A stretch of DNA of 63,786 nt, the filler included, from Octopus bimaculoides (taxonomy: Eukaryota), in the NCBI RefSeq assembly GCF_001194135.2. It is 10 parts of 10 records of this genome, joined end to end, with 100 filler letters (N's around TTAATTAATTAA, not from the genome) between each part and the next. Parts side by side here need not be neighbours in the genome. Positions count along the whole stretch, not along the records: positions 53,007 to 54,111 come from NC_068984.1; positions 54,212 to 56,946 come from NC_068990.1; positions 57,047 to 62,546 come from NC_068983.1; positions 62,647 to 63,786 come from NC_068991.1; 6 more parts are not named here. One strand, written 5' to 3'. The notes under the pieces were generated by a model, which saw nothing but the letters and a program-made list of their open reading frames with translations, was not told the origin of the DNA and did not search any database. This document shows, piece by piece, positions 53,505 through 63,786 of the stretch; within the stretch, counting starts at the first letter, position 1; each line of letters starts with the position of its first letter. Made by a program: the position numbers and the translations under genes.

Positions 53505-53785
53505 TGTGGAGGCGCAATGGCCCAGTGGTTAGGGCAGCGGACCGGGCGTTGTGAGTGTTTATTGAGCGAAAACATCTAAGCTCCACGAGGCTCCGACAGG
53601 GGGTGGTGGCGACTCCTGTTGTGCTCTTTCGCCCCAACTTTCTCTCATTCTTTCTTCTTGTTTCTTGAGTAACGCTGTGATGGACTGGCGTCCCGTCCAG
53701 CTGGGGGGAACATATACGCCATAGAAACCGGGAAACCGGGCCCATGAGCCTGGATAGGCTTTGAAAGGGCGACGTTTATCGTTTT
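53505..53785 (+). mobile_element. S3 SINE (V-like tail) with 14-bp TSD
   Basis: ATACAATTAAAGCA at 53491-53504 and 53786-53799. Confidence 0.92.
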
Positions 53786-54072
53786 ATACAATTAAAGCAG
53801 TACCCACAGTAACCAGTTGTATATTTCAGGGTTTAGGTAGGGTTTAGTGAGTCTAAAGCCTTACATGTTATAATCTATTTTAATCATTGATAGCTAACTC
53901 TAACTTTTAATGTTTAAAGTCCTATATGAATTCCAGTACATCACATTTCAAATAATACAGTATATATGTGAGTAAAAACTGTCAATGAATACATATAAAT
54001 ATATGTATTTATATATCATCATCATCATAATCATCATCATCATCATTTAATGTCCAATGATGATGATCATGA

Positions 54073-54111
<39 letters not shown>

Positions 54112-54211
54112 NNNNNNNNNNNNNNNNNNNNNNNNNNNNNNNNNNNNNNNNNNNNTTAATTAATTAANNNNNNNNNNNNNNNNNNNNNNNNNNNNNNNNN
54201 NNNNNNNNNNN

Positions 54212-54579
54212 TGTCATAGAATTGGTCTTTCAGACCATCTGGTAGCCCCGGTTGAGGTGCATAGGCTGAGATGACAGTAGCTAATCTATGATGAAGCACT
54301 AGTCTGATCTTAAGTACTCTGTCACTTACTCTAACGACCTCGATTACCTTATCCACCCATTTCTCCGCTAGAAGTATTCCTACGCCCCCGACCCCGTCAG
54401 TGTTCCTTGCCCAGAAAATCTTGTACCTGTGTTCTTTGCCTGTGAGGAACCTCGCAGAACCTCCTCTCCATCTTACTTCCTGGATGCAGCACATATCTAC
54501 GCGTCTCCGTTCAAGCATCTCAACAATTTCACCAGATCTACCTTTCAGCGTGCCGACGTTGAGAGTGCCAATCCTAACA
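54212..54579 (-). mobile_element. RTE-clade LINE AP-endonuclease fragment
   Basis: VRIGTLNVGTLKGRSGEIVEMLERRRVDMCCIQEVRWRG..GVGGVGILL..RVSDRVLKIRL..VISAYAPQ; runs into a gap. Confidence 0.9.
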
Positions 54580-54677
54580 ATATATATATGTATGTATGTG
54601 TATATGTATATTTATATATATATGTATATATATATATTTATGTATGTATATGTATGCGTGTGTGTCTATATGTAAGA

Positions 54678-54987
54678 TGCATGGCTTAGTGCTCAGGGGT
54701 ATTTGGTTCACAATCATAAGGTCATGAGTTCGATTCCTGGAGGTGTGTTGTGTCCTTCAGCAAGACACTTTATTTCATGGTGCACCAGTTCATTCAGCTT
54801 GCAAAGATAAGTAGTACTTGTATTTCAAAGAGCTAGCCTTGTCACATTCTATGACATACTGAATCCCTGAGAAATATGTTATGTGTTTGTGGAGTGCTCA
54901 GTCACTTACGCATTAATTTCACAAGCATCATGTTCCATTGATAGGATCAACTGGAACCCCCGTTGTCGTAACTGATGAAGTGCCAGT
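54678..54987 (+). mobile_element. S4-head/CORE-like SINE with X tail
   Basis: GAGTTCGATTCC B-box; CAAGACACTTTATTTCA; tail CTAGCCTTGTCACA..GTGGAGTGCTCAG..GGATCAACTGGAACCC. Confidence 0.8.
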
Positions 54988-55646
54988 TTATATAAGAAAG
55001 AGAAAAAGTATTAAAAACTCCAGGCAGATATCAATAAAGCACTCAGATTTAGATAAATTTGGTTAACTATATCAAACAATCAGACACCAATAAATGCAAG
55101 TAGAATACACATCCAAGGTAATTCCTCATGTATGGCAAGTAGATCTAAACATCACTTAGAATGTCAAGAAATTCAAAGTATTAGACAACAAAAATATGGA
55201 TGGAGAAAATCATACCTTTAATTGTTGAATTCCCCATACAAAGCTGGCCATTGTTTCTGTTGTATCAACATATTTATATGTATCAAATATCATTGAAATT
55301 AATATATCCAAAAATACATGTTAACACATTTTCAAGGTGATCCAAAATTAGTTAAATTCAATGTGAAAAAAAAAACCAAAAAACAAACTCCAGTATATGA
55401 ACATATACAAAAAAAAAGAAAACGCTAAGACGAAATATTATCTAAGGAAAGCTATTTTTGTATTCATCTCTTGGTGAGATCAGTGGATAAAGAAAGAATA
55501 AAAAATAAATATATATGAGTTCAGTGCTATGATAATTAGAAATATAGAGATTCTATGTCATAACAGTTAGTCATCTTTCTATTAAATATACTAAACACTT
55601 TTAGAAAAATTATGCTTATCATATGGTATAGGAAAACCAATTATAA

Positions 55647-56093
55647 TTATGAATTGAAATATTTAAATGTCTTCCCAAATTTATGAAAACATTTCATTGT
55701 AAAATTACCATTAAAATTTAATAATACTAATTTAGAAGTAAATAGATAACACATTTCTTCAAGGCAAAGATCACATGCAGAATTGCCAGTATTGTGCAGT
55801 GGTGCATAATTAATGATGGACCACTTTAAATCATACTTAATGTTCTTAACTTTTAAATCCCAAATGCATTTCCTAAGATTTGTCAAATTACCTATTCTTC
55901 TATACTTAAATGATTGAGAATGACGATGAAATCTAGATTTCCAAATTGTAACAGCTGAACCTATGTAATAATACTCATGATCCCCTATTATTACCTTATA
56001 TTGATACACTACATTTTCTCTTAAACACTGATTTTCTAAAGGACAAGGCTTTGGTATCAATGCTTCATCATCATCATTGTTGCCATCATTCAC
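55647..56093 (-). CDS. GIY-YIG endonuclease ORF of Penelope-like element type (148 aa, no RT)
   Basis: CPLENQCL..VVY..YYIG..WKSRFHRHSQSF..IWDLK..WSII..CDLCLEE..LLN..KCFH; uninterrupted frame in very AT-rich DNA. Confidence 0.85.
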   Translation of the reverse strand: MNDGNNDDDEALIPKPCPLENQCLRENVVYQYKVIIGDHEYYYIGSAVTIWKSRFHRHSQSFKYRRIGNLTNLRKCIWDLKVKNIKYDLKWSIINYAPLHNTGNSACDLCLEEMCYLFTSKLVLLNFNGNFTMKCFHKFGKTFKYFNS

Positions 56094-56396
56094 TATTCAC
56101 TACCACCACCTCTACCACCACAAAAACCACCACCTTCCTCCTCAACATCATTATCACCATCATTATCATTTGCATTCATCTTTCATTACTCACTGTGTGT
56201 TCATTTTTCTGGGTTGTCATAGTTTGGATAAATTTCCTGAGGCAGTAGAGTTTTTTGTCTTCTCCTTTTTATTTTTTTACTTTCTGGTAGGGTCAGATTT
56301 CTTTCCTGTTGCCAACTCTTTCAGGCACCTTTCTAATGACCTGTAATTTAGAGAATTTCAAGTGAAAGTTTAAATTTCATTCAATTAATCTTTCAG

Positions 56397-56589
56397 ACCT
56401 GGAGACTTATGTGCCCTTGTGGCAAAAACTATCACGCACATGAAAAGTATTGGTTTGACTGACAGAGCAGAGATCTTTGAACTCTTCCTGAAATATGACA
56501 AAGATCGTGAAGGTTATCTGCGAGCTGAACATATACAGAACATCTGTAAGAAACTGCATATTCCTTCTGATAAGGATGTTGTCAATGAG
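56397..56589 (+). CDS. EFHC1: EF-hand exon, EFHC1 (Rib72/myoclonin)-like C-terminus
   Basis: TTTCAG acceptor, GAG|GTAAGT donor. PGDLCALVAKTITHMKSIGLTDRAEIFELFLKYDKDREGYLRAEHIQNICKKLHIPSDKDVVNE aligns from memory with human EFHC1 LEALIDTIQKQLK..EAFQIYDKEASGYVD..KICESLNVPVDDSLVKE. No DM10 exons were found, so an EFHC2/EFHB-type paralog is not excluded. Confidence 0.7.
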
Positions 56590-57249
56590 GTAAGTAAAGA
56601 TATCATCTTTTCCCTCCTGAAGATGCTGAAGTTTTTCCAGAGATTAAAAGATATTTTGGTGTAAATTTTAAACTTCAAATAATGTATTTAACATCAAATA
56701 TTGCTTTTCATTTATTTATCTTTTTTCTCTCTGTCTTTTTCTTCTCTATTTTCCTTTTTCTCCCCCTCCCCATTCTTTCTTTTTCTCCCCCTTTTTTTTT
56801 TTACTTTCACAAAATCGAAAATGATTTCTACTTCCCTCTGGTTAATTAATGAGATATGTTAGGAAAGAAATGTTTATCTTGTGTCTTTTAATGTTTATTT
56901 TTCAAAACGAGTGAATTTTCTGTTCGATAATCAATATATCAATTTANNNNNNNNNNNNNNNNNNNNNNNNNNNNNNNNNNNNNNNNNNNNTTAATTAATT
57001 AANNNNNNNNNNNNNNNNNNNNNNNNNNNNNNNNNNNNNNNNNNNNATATATATATATATATATATATAACGTGAAAGAGTTAGGGGTTGGGGGTTCAAC
57101 CCACTAAGGGATAGTTTCTATCTGCCATAGACACCTGTGCTTTGGTTCTTTCTTTCTTTTTCTTTCTTTTTTTGTCACTTTTGCTATGAATTAGATTAAT
57201 GAATTCAACGGGATACACCGTCTGCAAGCAGTTGGGTTCAGCATATTAT

Positions 57250-57773
57250 CCTCCATTTTCTAATTGTTATATATATATATATATGTGTGTACATATGTAT
57301 GTATTTATATACACACACACACAAATATATATATATATTACATATGCATATGTATATATACATTACATATATATATTACATTTTCATATACATATATATT
57401 AAAACATAAATACACACACATGTGTATATATATTACATACATGTAAGCAATATATAAACAGGTATACATTTTAAACACGCACAGATGATATTTATATGCA
57501 TTATATGCATTACCACCGTATGTGCGGGTGAGTTAGTTAACTGAGTATTATGCATACATATATAATATGTGTGTATGTGTGTATGACTGTGCAAATATTT
57601 ACAGGTTATATATATATATATATATATATATATGTTTATATACAAATATATACGTACATATAAATATATACTTAGGTATATAACGTATATAAATGTGTAG
57701 ATATATATAATATAATATATATATAGAAATGTATACATACATATGTATATGAGTTGTATACATAGGGAGTTAG

Positions 57774-57807
<34 letters not shown>

Positions 57808-58715
57808 NNNNNNNNNNNNNNNNNNNNNNNNNNNNNNNNNNNNNNNNNNNNNNNNNNNNNNNNNNNNNNNNNNNNNNNNNNNNNNNNNNNNNNNNNNNNN
57901 NNNNNNNNNNNNNNNNNNNNNNNNNNNNNNNNNNNNNNNNNNNNNNNNNNNNNNNNNNNNNNNNNNNNNNNNNNNNNNNNNNNNNNNNNNNNNNNNNNNN
58001 NNNNNNNNNNNNNNNNNNNNNNNNNNNNNNNNNNNNNNNNNNNNNNNNNNNNNNNNNNNNNNNNNNNNNNNNNNNNNNNNNNNNNNNNNNNNNNNNNNNN
58101 NNNNNNNNNNNNNNNNNNNNNNNNNNNNNNNNNNNNNNNNNNNNNNNNNNNNNNNNNNNNNNNNNNNNNNNNNNNNNNNNNNNNNNNNNNNNNNNNNNNN
58201 NNTATATATAAAGTATATATATTATAAATATGAAAATATACATCGATATGTTACACATAGATATATAATACATACATTTATACTCGCATATATATAGTGC
58301 TTATATATGTGTGTATATAAAGATGTATATATGTATATATATGTGCATATATATACGTATATGTATATATATATATGTGTTTATATATATGTATATATGT
58401 GTGTGTATAAAGTATTCATATATATTATAAATGTGAAAATGTACATATATATATACGTTACACATAAATATATAATATATACATTTATACACGTAATGTT
58501 CATGCATACACACACACACACACACATACACACACACACACAAACACACACACACACGTACGCGTTAAACGTATTATATATTAATTATCAACCAAATGGT
58601 TTCGTGTTCGATAACACAATGTGGTACTTTGGATAAGTGTCTTCTATATTCCATCCAAGCAGAACAAAGCCGCGTAAATGGAATTGGTAGACAGAAACTG
58701 AAAGAAGCCAGTCAA

Positions 58716-58778
<63 letters not shown>

Positions 58779-59005
58779 TATGGATATGTGCATGTATGTA
58801 TGTAATTGTATGTCTCTGTGTGTGTTTGCCGACGACCACGACTTTATAAAGGGTGTTAGTTTGTTTACGTCCTTGTAACCCGTTTACGTCTAGCAAAAAC
58901 AAAAGTATTTTCCGATTAAAGCGTTAAAGATAGTCTAATGATTGAAAGAGGGAAAAGATGAAAGATATGTAATACACATATAACAAAGCGAGCTTCACCT
59001 ATATA

Positions 59006-59041
<36 letters not shown>

Positions 59042-59075
59042 TATATGTATATACATACTCATAACTATATATGTA

Positions 59076-59143
<68 letters not shown>

Positions 59144-59420
59144 CATGTATATGTGTTTGTGTGTGTGTGTGTACATATAAGTATGCATACATATATATAA
59201 GTATAGTTATATAGCATATATATAGGCGTGTCTGTGTGGTAAAAAGCTTGCTTCCAGACCACATAGTTCCCGGTTCAGTCCCCCTGCGTGCCACCTTGGG
59301 CAAGTGTCTTCTACAATAAGCCTTGCACCAACCAAAGCCTTGTAACTGGATTTAGTAGACGGAAACTGAAAGATGCACGTCGTGTATGTATATATATGTA
59401 TATATATATATATATATATA
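57250..59420. repeat. Extended (TA)/(CA)/(TATG) low-complexity region with embedded S2 SINE pieces
   Basis: S2 heads at about 58600 and 59222; the rest is simple repeat. Confidence 0.85.
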
Positions 59421-60207
59421 NNNNNNNNNNNNNNNNNNNNNNNNNNNNNNNNNNNNNNNNNNNNNNNNNNNNNNNNNNNNNNNNNNNNNNNNNNNNNNNN
59501 NNNNNNNNNNNNNNNNNNNNNNNNNNNNNNNNNNNNNNNNNNNNNNNNNNNNNNNNNNNNNNNNNNNNNNNNNNNNNNNNNNNNNNNNNNNNNNNNNNNN
59601 NNNNNNNNNNNNNNNNNNNNNNNNNNNNNNNNNNNNNNNNNNNNNNNNNNNNNNNNNNNNNNNNNNNNNNNNNNNNNNNNNNNNNNNNNNNNNNNNNNNN
59701 NNNNNNNNNNNNNNNNNNNNNNNNNNNNNNNNNNNNNNNNNNNNNNNNNNNNNNNNNNNNNNNNNNNNNNNNNNNNNNNNNNNNNNNNNNNNNNNNNNNN
59801 NNNNNNNNNNNNNNNNNNNNNNNNNNNNNNNNNNNNNNNNNNNNNNNNNNNNNNNNNNNNNNNNNNNNNNNNNNNNNNNNNNNNNNNNNNNNNNNNNNNN
59901 NNNNNNNNNNNNNNNNNNNNNNNNNNNNNNNNNNNNNNNNNNNNNNNNNNNNNNNNNNNNNNNNNNNNNNNNNNNNNNNNNNNNNNNNNNNNNNNNNNNN
60001 NNNNNNNNNNNNNNNNNNNNNNNNNNNNNNNNNNNNNNNNNNNNNNNNNNNNNNNNNNNNNNNNNNNNNNNNATGTATATATGTACAGATAGATATAGAT
60101 ATAGATATATATATATATACACACATATAAATATATCTTTGCACACACACATATACATATAATAAATATCATAAATATATATATTTTATATGTAATAAAT
60201 ATATATA

Positions 60208-60251
<44 letters not shown>

Positions 60252-60634
60252 TACATATATATATATATTTATATACACATATATAGTAGTTATATATTGT
60301 ATATATAAGCACATTGCCGATATATTATAAATATCGTATATACCTGAATATATTACTTATATATACCCGTTACCTTTTAGCTTATACATGTTCCAGTCCT
60401 GAAACTGCGGGAAGATGCTGGGCCACTGCCTGATACTTATTCTATGGGTTCTTTTGCCGAACCGCTAAGTTACAGAGACGTAAACGCCCCAACACCGCTT
60501 TTATATATATATATATATACTATTTGTTTTTATACATATATATATATACATGCGATGGTTTTTGGTGAGCAGTGTCGATTTTTGAAAGTCTGCAAATAAT
60601 TATAATATTTAATAACATTTTACAAGATAAGCTT

Positions 60635-60828
60635 TTAAAGCTTATAAACAATCACCGTGTACTAACTAAATATAATAATCTAGTACTGGGGTATATAAGC
60701 CTTCGACGGAACGGTGATTGTTTTAGGATTTTCCACGAATGCCCTACCTTTTTCCGTCGAGGGCTTATATGTCCCAATATTACACTATTTTCTTTAGTCA
60801 TTACCCTGTGATCGCTTATAAGGTTTAA
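60635..60828. mobile_element. Foldback/MITE-like element with ~77-bp imperfect inverted arms
   Basis: Arm 60635-60711 pairs with arm 60752-60828. Confidence 0.7.
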
Positions 60829-60921
60829 TCTTATAATATACTAACACACATACACACACACATATTTAGTCAGTAAATCATAAATCCGATGAAGCACCTT
60901 CAAAGTTATAGAGACTAAGTT

Positions 60922-61071
60922 ATAGTCATGGCCGGTCTATTGGTTTACCTTGGGTTTCACGTCCAGTAAAGCTCTTAGCTTTACTGCCATTAGGGTCTGA
61001 ACAAACGCTGTGAATCTAAGCGTTTTATGGACGTGAAACCCAGGGTAACACGATAGATTGGCCATTACTAT
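60922..61071. mobile_element. MITE-like element with 44-bp inverted arms and two internal hairpins
   Basis: ATAGTCATGGCC..TGGGTTTCACGTCCA versus TGGACGTGAAACCCA..GGCCATTACTAT. Confidence 0.7.
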
Positions 61072-61807
61072 CTTTATCTAATTATATATACTAGCGGGAC
61101 CGGTGGAAATTCCGCTGAATAGAAAAAATTAAGAGGGCCTATTTAAGAAAGAAAGGTTTATTTGCGTTCATAGTTTGGCTTTCTTTAGATATTCTTGAAG
61201 TTCGTCTACATTCATTTCCTCACGTCTCCGTCGGTGTTGTCTTTTCCCTCGTTTTCTTATATTTTATTGCTGCTCCTCTCTCAACCGTGCTCTATATATA
61301 TGCGCATCCTTTCTCGGACATTTGGCAACCGTATTTCTTGTGACTCCAGAGTTTTAGCTAAATTATATAAACGAATATCAATTTTTTAAAGTCAGCAGCC
61401 GATAAATAATTGCACTTATGCGTATGCGATGGCCGCTATAAAAAATTTAGTTCAATTAAAAAAATACCTTTCACTATTAACACACCACCACAACCATCAT
61501 CACCACTACCACCACAACCACCGCCGCCGTTATCTAACGCTTTCTCTCTCTCTCTCAATATAACTGCCTCCCCTGTCCATCTCTCACTATCTACTTTTCC
61601 CTTCAGCTAACTTTTTAACCACGTATTAAATATTCCTTACGCACCCCACTCCCCTTCGTCAACACTCCCCTCTCCCTCTTTTTCTCTCGTCGTCTTTTTC
61701 TTTCGTTGTTCGCCTCTGATTACGTGAACAGTGTATTAATATTAATCACCTTTCTCTATTTCTTCCTCTCTTCTTTCTTTATTCCACTCTCGCTCTCGCT
61801 CTTTCTG

Positions 61808-61841
<34 letters not shown>

Positions 61842-61967
61842 ACTCTCTCTCTCTCTCTCTCTCTCCCTATCACCTCACACACAGAGTCTTACCCCACCTC
61901 TCACTTCACCTCCACTTTTCTAACTAACTAATGTATAACGGGCGAACGAACAAGCAGATTATATGTT

Positions 61968-62002
<35 letters not shown>

Positions 62003-62069
62003 CAAAGAATATATATGCATGTATACACACATATATGTTCATACTTACATCTACATGTGTATATAGATG

Positions 62070-62192
62070 CATATCAGGGTACAGGACGTTAGAACAATGA
62101 ACTACAGACAACGGAACGAACACATAGGAAAACGGAAAGCCACTTGGAATATTCCTTCATCAGCTGCCTCTATTCTAACCCGACGTTTCGAT
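62070..62192 (-). mobile_element. Possible Penelope-like terminal-repeat remnant
   Basis: rc CGAAACGTCGGG..CAGCTGATGAAGGAATATTCC. Confidence 0.4.
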
Positions 62193-62278
62193 ATTTAAAG
62201 AACTATAAAAACTGGAGTGGGTATTCAAAGAATCAAACGTTACACACAGTATACATGTGCGCGTGCGAAAATACTCAC

Positions 62279-62392
62279 TTGCATAGTTCTATATGGCAGA
62301 TTTTGTAAGCAGTTTGCTTCGCAATCTGAACTCCGCGCGTTCGATTCCACTTAAAACATCTTCGGCAGGTTTTATATATAACCACGTGACGG
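62279..62392 (-). promoter_or_regulatory. Candidate core promoter and first exon (E-box, TATA, ATG CAA|GTGAGT)
   Basis: rc GTCACGTGG at 62390-62382, TATATATAAAA at 62380-62370, donor at 62278. Confidence 0.4.
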
Positions 62393-62484
62393 CTACAAAT
62401 TGGAATTACAGAAATCGTTAGGAAGACCGTCGTCTGTATTGTATCTGTCGGGGATGTGAGCAGTCTGCTCAAGCTATTCCATGT

Positions 62485-62532
<48 letters not shown>

Positions 62533-62659
62533 TCTCTATGTGGCTTNNNNNNNNNNNNNNNNNNNNNNNNNNNNNNNNNNNNNNNNNNNNTTAATTAATT
62601 AANNNNNNNNNNNNNNNNNNNNNNNNNNNNNNNNNNNNNNNNNNNNCGTGTGTAAGAAT

Positions 62660-62894
62660 GGCGTTCCAGGTAGAAGGGATGAAATATAAAAGTTGCTAGA
62701 AACAACAGCCAAATCTCCCTTAAATCACACAAAGTAAACGGAATTTTAAAAATCTAATTACTGCACTGGAAAGTTCAGATCGAGAAAATTCCATTGATGT
62801 AAAAAATTTTACGAAAAAGTGGAAAATGTGGATTTCTATAAACTTTTAAAAAGGCTTCACACAGACACACAACTTTAGCTTTATATATTAAGAT
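62660..62894 (-). mobile_element. Helitron-like non-autonomous element
   Basis: Terminus rc ATCTTAATATATAAAAG; internal segment shared with 12330-12430. Confidence 0.6.
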
Positions 62895-62994
62895 ATTATA
62901 AAATATGTATGTATGTATGTATGTGTATGTATGCATGTATGTATATATGCATGTATGTGTATATATATATATTTATATATATATATGCACATAT

Positions 62995-63190
62995 CCATGT
63001 ACGTGTGTGTTTGTCCCCCATCACCACCACTTGACGACTACTGTTGGTGTGTTTTCGTCCCCATAACTTAGCGGTTCGGCCAAAGAACTGATACAATAAG
63101 TACCAGGCTTAAAAAGAATCTAAGTGCTGGGGTCGATTAGTTGGACTGAAATTCCTCAAGGTGATGCTCCCGTATGGCCGCAGTCTATGA
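62995..63190 (+). mobile_element. S2 SINE tail
   Basis: CCCCATAACTTAGCGGTTCGGCCAAAG..AAGTACCAGGCTTAA..GGGGTCGAT. Confidence 0.8.
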
Positions 63191-63786
63191 TATGGAAGAT
63201 TGTCTCGGCTATAGCAGTGAAAATGAGGTGACGAGAAAGACAAATGCGGAGCGTTACTATTTGCAACTAGGCTAGTACCACAGCAATATACAAGGAGTAT
63301 AGCTCAAGGTATTCATGAGGGCAATGATGCTTGCGTTGCTGTCGCCTTTGTGCAACAGTGTAGGCGTGTGGTGGTGTGGTACAACTGTACGAGCAGAGGT
63401 GAACCGCAACAGATTGTGCCCAGGTATGTCCTGAAGTAGTAACTTAACATTTCTACCTAAATCCAACTAGAAACACCGTTTCATCGCCTTTCGTCACCTC
63501 TGCTGGTTTCACCACCCAAGCACCACGCAAATATTTCGCCAAGCCACTACCTCCGAATTTCTAACTTCGACATTTCCTTTCGTATGAATTTATTACTAGA
63601 AAACCGTTCAAATTGCACATAGACCGCACCAATCCCACATGTCAGGAATGGCCAGTGAATATCAACTGCTCTTTCCCGATTAAACCATAAAAAAGATTCG
63701 AGGAAATTTTCAGATCTGATTGAATCAGAATATTACTTGTACATATTTTATTAAATTCTTGCTAGTTACAAAGTCAGTGTGGTGTG

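Noticed and set aside
54013-54075. (CAT)n..(ATG)n inverted microsatellite hairpin
   Set aside because: An RTE-type tail remnant next to a gap; low complexity makes the pairing uninformative
13502-60172. Long ORFs in the track made of X, or of YI/CV/HT/SL/RE runs
   Set aside because: Translations of N gaps and microsatellites
9931-62602. Nine copies of TTAATTAATTAA
   Set aside because: Always embedded in N runs; an assembly linker, not biology or a CRISPR-like repeat

Overview
Eukaryotic, AT-rich, gap-riddled draft-assembly DNA. The SINE families, LINE clades and dense microsatellites point to a coleoid cephalopod, most likely Octopus (inference, not searched). Most of the window is decayed mobile DNA: mariner, Tc1, piggyBac and Helitron-like DNA elements; R4/Dong, CR1-like, RTE and Penelope-like retroelements; and several tRNA-derived SINE families. 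The rest is mostly microsatellite and N gaps containing an artificial TTAATTAATTAA linker. The one host coding exon I can place with fair confidence is an EF-hand exon at 56397-56589 resembling the C-terminus of EFHC1, and two upstream micro-exons splice into it in frame. Several other candidate exons are supported only by splice signals. Best leads: an uninterrupted stand-alone GIY-YIG endonuclease ORF antisense to the EFHC1-like intron, modular SINE head/tail swapping, SINE stacks with an R4/Dong LINE in their ATT tails, a foldback mariner, and twin hairpin elements near 60.6-61.1 kb. I see no clear evidence of a wholly new system. There are no prokaryotic features, CRISPR arrays, rRNA genes or true tRNA genes.
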